Source of the DNA: Terrimicrobiaceae bacterium
Lineage (GTDB): Bacteria; Verrucomicrobiota; Verrucomicrobiia; Chthoniobacterales; Terrimicrobiaceae
Assembly (NCBI GenBank): GCA_041675465.1
Contig: JBAYTU010000002.1
Span: 17,821 to 81,820 of the forward strand
Length of the DNA: 64,000 nucleotides
Reading direction: 5' to 3'
Position 1 is the first letter of the stretch. Each line of letters opens with the position of its first letter. The notes below the pieces were generated by a model that worked only from the letters and a program-made list of their open reading frames with translations, did not search any database and was not told the DNA's origin. A program made the translations under genes and the position numbers. This document shows positions 55,017 through 63,688 of the stretch, one piece after another.

Positions 55017-55778
55017 TCACTTTTTGAGCTCCATGAATTTGGCACTTCCGGCCCTGGCGCATACATCCAGCATGCGCTGATCGACGCTGTAGGCAATGAA
55101 AGTGTATCCTTCCGAGACCGCTTTCGCCAGCGCCGACAAGCCGGGCTCGACGATGTGTGTTCCCACCGGGGTCCCATGCTCGCCGGCAATTGTCCGGATG
55201 CGTGCCATCGCGTCCAGGAATCCGGGATTTGCAAACTGGCCGGGAATTTCCATCGAGCAAGCAAGATCGTATGGGCCGATGATCACGCCATCAACTCCGG
55301 GAACGCTGATAATTTCGCCAAGATGGTCGATGGCCGAGATGTGCTCGATTTGAACAATCACGATCGGACCGTCGGACTGCCACGTCAAATACTCGGCGAA
55401 CTTCGCGCCGTAGCCCTGGGCGCGGGAAAGCCCGACCCCGCGCGTTCCCTTGGGAGCGTAGCGGGTGGCTGACACGGCGAGCCTGGCCTGCTCGGCGTTG
55501 TTGACCATCGGAACCACGATGCCGTGTGCCCCGGCATCCATCACCCTCTTGATCTGGTTTGCATCGTTCGAAGTCAGCCGGACAAGCGGAGTCACCCCGC
55601 AAAGGTCGATGATCCGGATCATCTCGCAGGCGATCTCAATACCGATTGCCGTGTGTTCCAAATCCACGACAAGCCACTCGAATCCGGCACGGGCCATGAT
55701 TTCCGCCGTGCTCGGATTCCCGATGCTAATCCAGGACCCCAGGCTCAATTCCCGGTCGCGCAGTTTGGACTTCAGCAT
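55017..55778 (-). CDS. HpcH/HpaI-family class II (metal-dependent) pyruvate aldolase
   Basis: 253 aa. GFEWLVVDLEHT, HGIVVPMVNNAEQA and IIGPYDLACSM match the 2-keto-3-deoxy-acid aldolase family. Confidence 0.88.
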   Translation of the reverse strand: MLKSKLRDRELSLGSWISIGNPSTAEIMARAGFEWLVVDLEHTAIGIEIACEMIRIIDLCGVTPLVRLTSNDANQIKRVMDAGAHGIVVPMVNNAEQARLAVSATRYAPKGTRGVGLSRAQGYGAKFAEYLTWQSDGPIVIVQIEHISAIDHLGEIISVPGVDGVIIGPYDLACSMEIPGQFANPGFLDAMARIRTIAGEHGTPVGTHIVEPGLSALAKAVSEGYTFIAYSVDQRMLDVCARAGSAKFMELKK

Positions 55779-55779
55779 G

Positions 55780-56547
55780 TTACTTCGCCCCCCTCAGCCG
55801 CTTGTTGACATAGATGACATCCACCCAATCGGTCCTGCCATTCATGGGGTTTTTTGCAATGTGGCTGATGTCGTAGAGACGGAGCCCCGCAGGGATCAGA
55901 AACCGTTCGATGTCGGAAAAGGAAAGGGATCTCTCGTAGTAGTCGTAAAACATCAATTCCGTCAGGACGACATCGACATCCCGGAGCCTGGCGCCAAAAC
56001 CTTCAAGAACCTCCGGCTCGTATCCCTGGGTGTCGATTTTCAGCAGGTTGATCCGCGCGATGTCGTGGTGGGCCAGATAATCGTCCAGCCGGAGCACGGG
56101 CACCACGCGCTCGTGATTGAGCGCCTTCTCATACTCCGGGAGCCGGTCGGCGGACTCCTCTTCAATCTCTTTTAGGCGGACAGAATCCAGGCTTCGAAGA
56201 TTGATTTTGTGAAATCCGGAAATCCCCTTGCTGATGTCGTGGGTGAAAAATAACGCGCCTTCGCTGGCGGCGTTCCCGGCCGCGCTGGGATTGATGACAA
56301 TATCACCTTCGGGAAAAGCGTTTTTGGCGGCCTCCAGATCGCTCCAGCATTCCTCCTGGGGCTCGAATGCATGGATTTTCGCCTCCGGCCAGAACCCCTT
56401 GAATTCGCGGATCGTCCCCCCAACATTGGCGCCGACATCAAAGACAACCGGCTTGGGGAAGGGAATCAGAAACTGGAGTGTTTTTTCACGAGAAAACTTT
56501 GCGAGGTATTCTGCCGTGCGCTCTTCGTTGGATGGATAGGCCTGCAT
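55780..56547 (-). CDS. FkbM-family methyltransferase
   Basis: VFDVGANVGGTIREF...IHAFEP and LLKIDTQGYEPEVLEG. Confidence 0.85.
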   Translation of the reverse strand: MQAYPSNEERTAEYLAKFSREKTLQFLIPFPKPVVFDVGANVGGTIREFKGFWPEAKIHAFEPQEECWSDLEAAKNAFPEGDIVINPSAAGNAASEGALFFTHDISKGISGFHKINLRSLDSVRLKEIEEESADRLPEYEKALNHERVVPVLRLDDYLAHHDIARINLLKIDTQGYEPEVLEGFGARLRDVDVVLTELMFYDYYERSLSFSDIERFLIPAGLRLYDISHIAKNPMNGRTDWVDVIYVNKRLRGAK

Positions 56548-56571
56548 TTTTATTTGAATACTATTCCCCTG

Positions 56572-57399
56572 TTATTTTTCCCAGATTTGATTGAAGGCGC
56601 TTGAAAAAGCGCTGTTATGAACCAGCTCGGAATGCGCCTTTTCGACAAGGCGGAAACCGGCCTGCTTTAGGGATGCGGCAGAGACCTCCGCCTGTTCCAA
56701 AAATCCATCGTTGATCTCGATGAGTATCCCCTTGACGTGGTTGAGAACATCGATCCCGCCCTGGAGAATGAGATGCTCCAGCCCATCCACATCCATCTTC
56801 ACATAGTCTGGAAGCGGAATCGCCAAATTGCTGGCGGCATCATCCATGGAAACTCCCAGTGTTTGAAACGAGAAGATTTTGTTCATCCGCTTTCCATCAT
56901 GACCAAAATCTTCCCCGAAAGTGGACAGCGCCCCCCCCCACTCCATCGATGTCATATTGAGACTTTGGACCTCCATTTTCCGGCAAAGCGGCAACGGGAA
57001 AAGAGTCACCTGGTCGGAAAGGCCGTTGAGGTTTACGTTTCTGGCCAAGATTTCCAGATTAAATACCGATGGTTCGAAGGCATATACACGGCAATCTCGT
57101 GCTTTGGCCGCATAGCAAGAATACAGGCCGACATTGGCTCCGATATCCCAAAAAGTCGAGCGGCGTGAAAGTGAATCAATCCAGCGCAGTGTTTCCGGTT
57201 CTTTTGAGGAAAACGTGGCGGCACGGGATTTGTTCAACAGATTCGGAATGGAAAACCGCAGGTCGATATTTCCGTGCCGGACTGACATATTCCGGTTCAA
57301 GCACACCTTCAGCAAAACATCGGCCACCCGTTCAATCAAATAGAACCGCAGGAAAGTCTCAAAAATACGCTGAAGAATTACGATAAGGTTTTTTTTCAT
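56572..57399 (-). CDS. FkbM-family methyltransferase
   Basis: FWDIGANVGLYSCYAA...VYAFEP and YVKMDVDGLEHLILQG. GC is lower than in the upstream genes. Confidence 0.85.
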   Translation of the reverse strand: MKKNLIVILQRIFETFLRFYLIERVADVLLKVCLNRNMSVRHGNIDLRFSIPNLLNKSRAATFSSKEPETLRWIDSLSRRSTFWDIGANVGLYSCYAAKARDCRVYAFEPSVFNLEILARNVNLNGLSDQVTLFPLPLCRKMEVQSLNMTSMEWGGALSTFGEDFGHDGKRMNKIFSFQTLGVSMDDAASNLAIPLPDYVKMDVDGLEHLILQGGIDVLNHVKGILIEINDGFLEQAEVSAASLKQAGFRLVEKAHSELVHNSAFSSAFNQIWEK

Positions 57400-57442
57400 T
57401 TATCTTGGGTTTTTCATCTTGCCTAAGTCGAACTGCTGGGCA

Positions 57443-59344
57443 TTACGCTCTAGCGTAATCCGTAAACATGATGTCTGAATTTAATGCTTTTTTGGCAATG
57501 TGAATATGCGCCCATAGAATATAGCTGGTCAAAGCAAACAGCCGCACGCTGCCGCTTTTCCCCTCGAAGAACTGTTTGTTTTTAACAATATGGTCCACCA
57601 GATCAGAGCTGATGATGTCACCGATAATTTCTTTGTTTCTTTGAATAAATCCGATAATCAGGCAGCGAATGTCACAGTCTGAAAACCAGATGTGGAGAGG
57701 CATCGTGGGTCCGCTTTTAGGGGCTGTTACCACATAATCAGGCAAAATACTCTTTGCGAGCTCACGAAGGAGTCCTTTCGGGCCGTTCTTAGTTTTTTCA
57801 AAGTGTGGAACACCCAGCATTAGCTCAACCAAACGATAATCAAGGAACGGAGACCGATTTTCAACGGACGATGCCATGCACCCCATATCTGCCTTCGTAT
57901 TCTGGTTCTTGGTTGCCGTGTAAATATTGGCATAGTTGATTTGATTCATCCAATCGCCAATTCCGAAAGTGTTGATGTGTGAGAAATAGTCGTTCGCCAA
58001 GCTGGTCAAATCGCAAACTACTTTGCGCTCTACGTCGCGCATCACATCAAAAAATGCACCCCCGACCGAGGAGGCATGACTCATGTAAGGATTGAAATAT
58101 AAATCCCCGGTCATTTTCAGCCTTCTGGAAACGCGTCCATGCGGCATTTGGTTTGAGAGAAAATAGATGAGATCCTCACCCCACGAAGTGAATCGGCTTT
58201 GCTTACATTGCAAAATGCCGGGGATTCGGTTGAAGGTTTTTTGCCAGGGGTAACCACCAAAAGATTCATCGCCTCCCACTCCCGTGTAAATAACTTTGAT
58301 CCCCTCTGCGGCAGCTCGTTGGGCTAGTGCATAAAACACCAGGTTTCCAGAATCAACACAGATCTCTTCAAAATTATTGGCAATGCCCAGAATGTTAGCA
58401 TTCCAATAGTCAAAATCCACGACCACAGCAGAATTGATCATTCCACGCTCTCGGGAGAATCTTGGTGGAATTGCTACATCGGTAGAGTTATTTTCAAAGC
58501 TTTCCTTGCCGACGATGTTTGCGGTTATGGCAAAAATGTCGTTGTTGGATTTCAATGCATAATGAGCAATAAGAACAGAGTCTAGTCCTCCGCTCAGGAA
58601 TACTCCAACTGGCACATCGCTCCGCAATCGTTTATTGATCGCATCGCTAAATGTTTGATCGATGCGGCTAATCAAGCTTTGGGAGTCCGTTTGAACAAAA
58701 GTTGGAGTGTACCAGCGCTGCTCCTTAATCTCCATCTCTTGATTTATATGAATATAAGAACCCGGCTTAATGCTGAATATCCCTTCAAACAACGTAATGG
58801 GATCAACCAGCAACCAAGCATACAGGTTGATAGCTAGACTCGTGTGATTTGCCCGGCATTCAATTAGCCTCTCAAGCGCTTTGATTTCTGAGGCAAAAAC
58901 AATCTCTTTCGATGCCTTGTGATAGAAGAGAGGCTTTTTTCCGTACCGATCACGAATCAGATATTTTTGCGATGTTCTCTCATCAATAATTACCATCGAG
59001 AACATCCCGTTGATACGGGATAGGAAGGCAATGCCGTATTTTTTATATAAAAACGGGAGAATTTCAACATCGCAAGTTGTCTTCGGAATAAACTCGTTTT
59101 GGTGCTCTATAATTAATTCAATATAGTTATAGATTTCGCCATTTAAATATATGGTGACCTTGTCGTCGCGAAACGGTTGCATGCCGGCTAGACTCAAGTC
59201 GAGAATGGAAAGGCGACTAAACCCAACACCCCACCCAGGTTCATGAGTTATTCCACGCATATCGGGCCCACGATGCTCTATCGACCCCAGTGCCTCCACT
59301 AGATCACGTTTACTTTCACAAAAATATCCAACAAATCCACACAT
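57443..59344 (-). CDS. Glutamine-dependent asparagine synthase-type amidotransferase (AsnB/WbpS-like)
   Basis: MCGFVGYF Ntn-Cys start and VFLSGGLDSVLIAHY PP-loop; 633 aa; about 42% GC. Confidence 0.9.
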   Translation of the reverse strand: MCGFVGYFCESKRDLVEALGSIEHRGPDMRGITHEPGWGVGFSRLSILDLSLAGMQPFRDDKVTIYLNGEIYNYIELIIEHQNEFIPKTTCDVEILPFLYKKYGIAFLSRINGMFSMVIIDERTSQKYLIRDRYGKKPLFYHKASKEIVFASEIKALERLIECRANHTSLAINLYAWLLVDPITLFEGIFSIKPGSYIHINQEMEIKEQRWYTPTFVQTDSQSLISRIDQTFSDAINKRLRSDVPVGVFLSGGLDSVLIAHYALKSNNDIFAITANIVGKESFENNSTDVAIPPRFSRERGMINSAVVVDFDYWNANILGIANNFEEICVDSGNLVFYALAQRAAAEGIKVIYTGVGGDESFGGYPWQKTFNRIPGILQCKQSRFTSWGEDLIYFLSNQMPHGRVSRRLKMTGDLYFNPYMSHASSVGGAFFDVMRDVERKVVCDLTSLANDYFSHINTFGIGDWMNQINYANIYTATKNQNTKADMGCMASSVENRSPFLDYRLVELMLGVPHFEKTKNGPKGLLRELAKSILPDYVVTAPKSGPTMPLHIWFSDCDIRCLIIGFIQRNKEIIGDIISSDLVDHIVKNKQFFEGKSGSVRLFALTSYILWAHIHIAKKALNSDIMFTDYARA

Positions 59345-59460
59345 AATAAGTTTGTTACTGTTGTTTTTATTCTGCCCTCACTCCCACACGAATGCATCCC
59401 CTGATTTGACACACAGCTTTTCCGGCGCAGATTTCATCAGCGACATTCATTTTCTTTCAC

Positions 59461-60186
59461 TCAACTCAACGAGGAACTCTTTTTCCTTATATATGCTGGA
59501 ATATGGGAGATTGGCAGCTTTTCGATGAGAACATCTTTTCCTTCAAAAAACTCATCTACCGCCTTCGTTTCGCCAGCAACTGTCCCGTAATCATCGAAGA
59601 CGATCAACCCGCCGGCCACTACCCTTTCATATAGGTTACTTAGAATAGAAATTGATGGTTGGTAGACATCAACATCAATATGAAGCAAAGAAATCTTAAC
59701 CTCCGGATATTCAGAGAGATACTTCGGAATTGTCTCACAGACATCACCCTGGATCAGTTCAACGTTCACAAAAGATTTGTGTCGGAGAACCTTTTTCATT
59801 TCTTTGACAGAGATGCCGTATCCACCCTCGCCTTCAAAGCTTTCGATAAATTTCTTATCCAGAGCATTTGATTGTTCTGGAAATTTTCCAAATGCATCAA
59901 ACCCGATAATTTTTCTCGAGTATGGGCTTTCGAGAATTTCCCGAAAAGTACTGAACCTGACAAGTGACGCTCCTTTGTAAACCCCACATTCAACAATATG
60001 GCCTGGCAGATGAATTATCGATTTGTAAAGCTCAAATTGAGCCAGAAGCTTCCCGAGTCTTGTAGTATGACTTGTCAGATAAAAACCATTCTCGTAATCC
60101 CACTGCTGATCGGCATTAAAGCCGAACAGTTGACCGTTAACGGATTTCTGTGGTTTGTTAGGTATATTTGCTTTTCTTTTTGGCAT
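59461..60186 (-). CDS. TylF/MycF-family sugar O-methyltransferase
   Basis: GHIVECGVYKGASLVRF and LLHIDVDVYQPSISIL...IVFDDYG motifs. Confidence 0.85.
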   Translation of the reverse strand: MPKRKANIPNKPQKSVNGQLFGFNADQQWDYENGFYLTSHTTRLGKLLAQFELYKSIIHLPGHIVECGVYKGASLVRFSTFREILESPYSRKIIGFDAFGKFPEQSNALDKKFIESFEGEGGYGISVKEMKKVLRHKSFVNVELIQGDVCETIPKYLSEYPEVKISLLHIDVDVYQPSISILSNLYERVVAGGLIVFDDYGTVAGETKAVDEFFEGKDVLIEKLPISHIPAYIRKKSSSLS

Positions 60187-60355
60187 ATGTGTTTTTGATT
60201 GCGGCTTACCCTATCAGCCTTCGTTTAGTTGAGTCTGGTAGCGTTTCGCTACTTGTCACTGTTAATATGATACTCGCATCGTGGTGGGGGAGTGCGGCGA
60301 TTCAACGATCTGTCGCCTATGTGAAAATCCTGCTTAGGGTCAGGAATCATTTCAT

Positions 60356-62035
60356 CTATTTCAGTAGTTTTTTTGCCCAACCAAACTCAACTGTGGAGGG
60401 TGGTGTATGGACGGGTATTTTTTCGACTCTCTCCAAGAGGAGGACGCTTGGCTCGTTCATGACAACTCGGTGCGTCTTTTTTTCCACGACGAGATCGCGC
60501 ATGATCGCCCGCGCCGAATCCTCATATACCAAAGCATCGTCGGCGCCTGCATTCTTGCCTGCGGACAGTGCCTCTTTGAGACTCTGGTGCCCATCCATTG
60601 AAAATGAGAAGAACGACTGCTTGGCATTTGGCTGGATGATCAGGAAGTCTGCTGCGTCATAGTAGTCGGGAAACTTCCAAAGATCCGAACGCCCAGCGAT
60701 AAATCCCTCGAGACTGCTATTGGTCAGAAAGACGAGGCTGCCTTCTTTGGGAAGGCGGTCTACAACCTCGAGGATTCGACGGTTGTTGGCCTGCTCGGAT
60801 GCCCCCAACGCGATGGCCTCCGCTTTCTTCTGTTTTCCAACAAGCCGATAGACCGGTTCGAGCAGATGATCCGGCAGGTTGCTGGCCATGATCCGGAGAC
60901 TTCCAGACAGAAACATGGCTGAAACCCCGAAGAGGAGAAAAGCTTTTTTCTTAGGGAAGGTTGCTCCCGCCAACTGGACATCTGGGGTTCGACCCAATAC
61001 CAATACTAGGGCGGCGAATACAAACACGATTGGCGGCATCATGTGGTGTGAGGCACCAACGACTGCGCTCTGCCCCCAGTGCGGGAGAGGAGCAAGGAAC
61101 ATGAGGCCCGCCACCTGAGGCCAAAAAACGTCGGGTTTTCCAAAAAGCAGCCAAACGATGCCAAATGAGGGGAAAAAGAATAGCGCTGGAGCAAAACCGA
61201 TCACCAACTGCGGAATGTTCGCAGGGAAGAACTGCAAAATCTCAGCGAGAACGAATTGCGTCGTAGAAGAGGTTGATAAAACAAGCTCGCTTCTTGCTGC
61301 AGGTTGGACAACCAACAGCACGAGAGCAAGATACGCCAGCGCAAAGGATCCTGCTATAACAGCATAGGATTTTGCCTTCTGCTCAAAGAGTATGATATAA
61401 ACAGAAAAGGTCAGCATTACCATGGCGAGATCCTCGGATGTCAGGCAGACGAGGACCGTCGAGGCAAAGAACAGCAGCTTCCGTTTTGTCAGCAGGAAGT
61501 AGTACGCCGCCATGATGAACGGGCCACCAAATAGCATGAGCTGAGCATTTTGCTGAAACGTGAAAAGAAATCCACTGGCGAACAACAAGCCCAATGCCGC
61601 CACCGTCTTAACCGGAAACGTCTTCGGCGAAAGAAAGGCCAAAGCCTTCCAGGCAAACACCCCCATCGCAATATAGTTCACAACAAAGACCAGCCCATAA
61701 AGCCAGTAAAGATTGGGCCACAAATTCCACAATGGAGCAAAGAGAAAAGGGGTCAAATACACATGGATCACATACGTGTGTATGTAGGCGTGGGGATTGG
61801 AACTGAACCCCACCGATGCGCCCGCCAGTTTTGAGGCGTAGAGCGAGGTCTGGAACACCCGCCCGTGCAGGAAGTTGTAAAAGAACTGGTGCGGTGCGGC
61901 GACGCCTCCCACCGAGTATTCCGAAGTGGTCGTGGCAAGGTCGTAAAAGAAAAACGACAGCATCACCGCAAAGAACAGGCCGGAGAATACCGCCAATCCT
62001 GCAACATACCGTTTGGTGAAAAGCCGCGTTGACAT
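60356..62035 (-). CDS. Polytopic membrane protein with C-terminal soluble domain (DUF2079/GT-C-like candidate)
   Basis: Trimmed to ATG 62035 (MSTRLFTKRYVAGLAVFSGLFF). About 12 TM helices, then a hydrophilic tail of about 170 aa. Confidence 0.5.
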   Translation of the reverse strand: MSTRLFTKRYVAGLAVFSGLFFAVMLSFFFYDLATTTSEYSVGGVAAPHQFFYNFLHGRVFQTSLYASKLAGASVGFSSNPHAYIHTYVIHVYLTPFLFAPLWNLWPNLYWLYGLVFVVNYIAMGVFAWKALAFLSPKTFPVKTVAALGLLFASGFLFTFQQNAQLMLFGGPFIMAAYYFLLTKRKLLFFASTVLVCLTSEDLAMVMLTFSVYIILFEQKAKSYAVIAGSFALAYLALVLLVVQPAARSELVLSTSSTTQFVLAEILQFFPANIPQLVIGFAPALFFFPSFGIVWLLFGKPDVFWPQVAGLMFLAPLPHWGQSAVVGASHHMMPPIVFVFAALVLVLGRTPDVQLAGATFPKKKAFLLFGVSAMFLSGSLRIMASNLPDHLLEPVYRLVGKQKKAEAIALGASEQANNRRILEVVDRLPKEGSLVFLTNSSLEGFIAGRSDLWKFPDYYDAADFLIIQPNAKQSFFSFSMDGHQSLKEALSAGKNAGADDALVYEDSARAIMRDLVVEKKTHRVVMNEPSVLLLERVEKIPVHTPPSTVEFGWAKKLLK

Positions 62036-62039
62036 TTTG

Positions 62040-63065
62040 TCAAATCGAATAGAGGGCTTCAAAAAACATCCGCTGAATCGGATGCTTCCTGTGATACAGG
62101 CATTTCCAGGATGCGGGAATGGGATACTCCCGTTCCCGGATGACAAAGCCGTTGGTTTTCGCGCGAGACACCCTCCATTGCTTGGTATAGAACTTGCCGC
62201 GGCAAATCCTGTCGATCTGCTTCAGGTAGTTCGTGATCTGCCCAAGGGTCATCTCATGCAGGGAGCTGATGTTGAGGATGCGGTCAAAGCACTTGGCGGG
62301 GAGCAGCTCGATCTGGTGCGCAGCAACGAATCTGATGCGCGCCGACTCGAACTCCTCCCTCACGTCCTCGAACCTCTCGAAGCGGCGGAACTGGAAAACT
62401 TTTTCCTCCGGGAAAACCGCGCTCAGATACTCCTGCGCCAGATTGAGCGCCGGGGGAATATCTATGATGGTGTATGTGCATGCCGGCAGGGCCTTCAAAA
62501 AGACATACCCGACCCGTCCGTATCCAGCTCCCAGCTCCGCAACGTTCCAGGGACGCCCGTCGGCTGCGGCGTGGCCGTCAGCCATGTAAAACTCATGGAT
62601 GGAATTGCACACATCCTGCGATATTTTGATCCCTTTGTAATCAATGGCGAAGGGGTTTCCGATGACCGGCTCCTCAAGCTTCTTGAGAAGCCCCATCGAG
62701 TCCTCCCCGGAGACGTAATGCCAGAGCATGGCGACATACACCCGGTAAATGAATGCGGACAGGGGATTGAAACTCTTGATCCCCTCGTGAAGCGGGTCAT
62801 GAGGCTTTGGAAACCCGGCACCGAACACGGACCAATCCCTCACTTTGAGCCAGTAACGGAACACGGGCAGCAATTGATGCCTGACGATGCCCAGGATATT
62901 CCAATTGAAATACTTCATGTTCACCGTGCGCTTGAAGTTCTCAAACCCGCCCTCCCGGAGCTGCGCGATGTTGGTCGCGGCCAGCGACTCCCAGAACGGG
63001 GACGGAAGATAGATTTCCGGCGCGTCCCGAAAAATTTCCGCCGTGGGTGTCTCGTCGATTTTCAT
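62040..63065 (-). CDS. Putative sugar O-methyltransferase (PSPFW...NFKRT...YFNW family)
   Basis: 341 aa. LPSPFWESLA...ENFKRTVNMKYFNW N-terminus and VAELGAGYGRVGYVF SAM motif I. Confidence 0.7.
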   Translation of the reverse strand: MKIDETPTAEIFRDAPEIYLPSPFWESLAATNIAQLREGGFENFKRTVNMKYFNWNILGIVRHQLLPVFRYWLKVRDWSVFGAGFPKPHDPLHEGIKSFNPLSAFIYRVYVAMLWHYVSGEDSMGLLKKLEEPVIGNPFAIDYKGIKISQDVCNSIHEFYMADGHAAADGRPWNVAELGAGYGRVGYVFLKALPACTYTIIDIPPALNLAQEYLSAVFPEEKVFQFRRFERFEDVREEFESARIRFVAAHQIELLPAKCFDRILNISSLHEMTLGQITNYLKQIDRICRGKFYTKQWRVSRAKTNGFVIREREYPIPASWKCLYHRKHPIQRMFFEALYSI

Positions 63066-63688
63066 TTGTTATGTATTTCCGTAATCCGCGCGGGATGGCC
63101 GACCGCCAGGCACCGTGCGGGCAAATCCTTGGTGAGAACCGCGTGCGCGGCCACCACGGCATTTTCCCCGATGGACAGGCCCCGTTGTCCCAGAATGATC
63201 GCTCCCGCACCGATCCATGCCCCCGCGCCGACCGTGATGCTGCCTTCCTGCGTGATGCCCTGCTCTTTGACCGGTTGCGCAGGGTCCGCATAGCGGTGGC
63301 TGTGGTCCACGATCGTCACGTGGGGGCCGAGCAGGACATCGTCCGAAAGGATGACCCGGTTGCTTGCCCCGATAAAACAATTTCGTCCGATCTGCACCCG
63401 CTTCCCGATCGAGAGATACGCCCGATCTTCCGTCCGTCGCATATCAATCAGCGGAACGGTGAGCCATGTGTGACGCTGGATCCATGTGTCCTCGCCGATT
63501 TCTATAAAGCGCGCCCCCGCGATATCGACGGTGTAATCAATGCAGGCGCGCGCGCCCCGGCGGCGCAGCGGATATTTCAGGCGCGTCCACAGCCACGAAA
63601 CGATTTTCAGCCGGACAAAGGCGAACCCGAGCTCCGGGAGGCTGTAGTCGGCCCGGAGAAACGCCTTGTAGTCGTTCGGACTCAGCAT
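63062..63688 (-). CDS. Left-handed beta-helix (hexapeptide repeat) acyltransferase
   Basis: IGKRVQIGRNCFIGASNRVILSDDVLLGPHVTIVDHSH...ITVGAGAWIGAGAIILGQRGLSIGENAVVAAHAVL. Confidence 0.88.
   Translation of the reverse strand: MLSPNDYKAFLRADYSLPELGFAFVRLKIVSWLWTRLKYPLRRRGARACIDYTVDIAGARFIEIGEDTWIQRHTWLTVPLIDMRRTEDRAYLSIGKRVQIGRNCFIGASNRVILSDDVLLGPHVTIVDHSHRYADPAQPVKEQGITQEGSITVGAGAWIGAGAIILGQRGLSIGENAVVAAHAVLTKDLPARCLAVGHPARITEIHNK

Noticed and set aside
60238-60252. Hairpin GTAGCG-ttt-CGCTAC in the 169-nt spacer as a rho-independent terminator
   Set aside because: The stem is only 6 bp, and no U-tract follows it on the coding (minus) strand. This is not enough to call a terminator.
56572-62035. 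The low-GC patch as a discrete mobile element or genomic island
   Set aside because: There is no integrase, transposase, tRNA target or flanking repeats, and the genes are co-directional with the operon and functionally coherent with it. I kept it as a compositional anomaly only.
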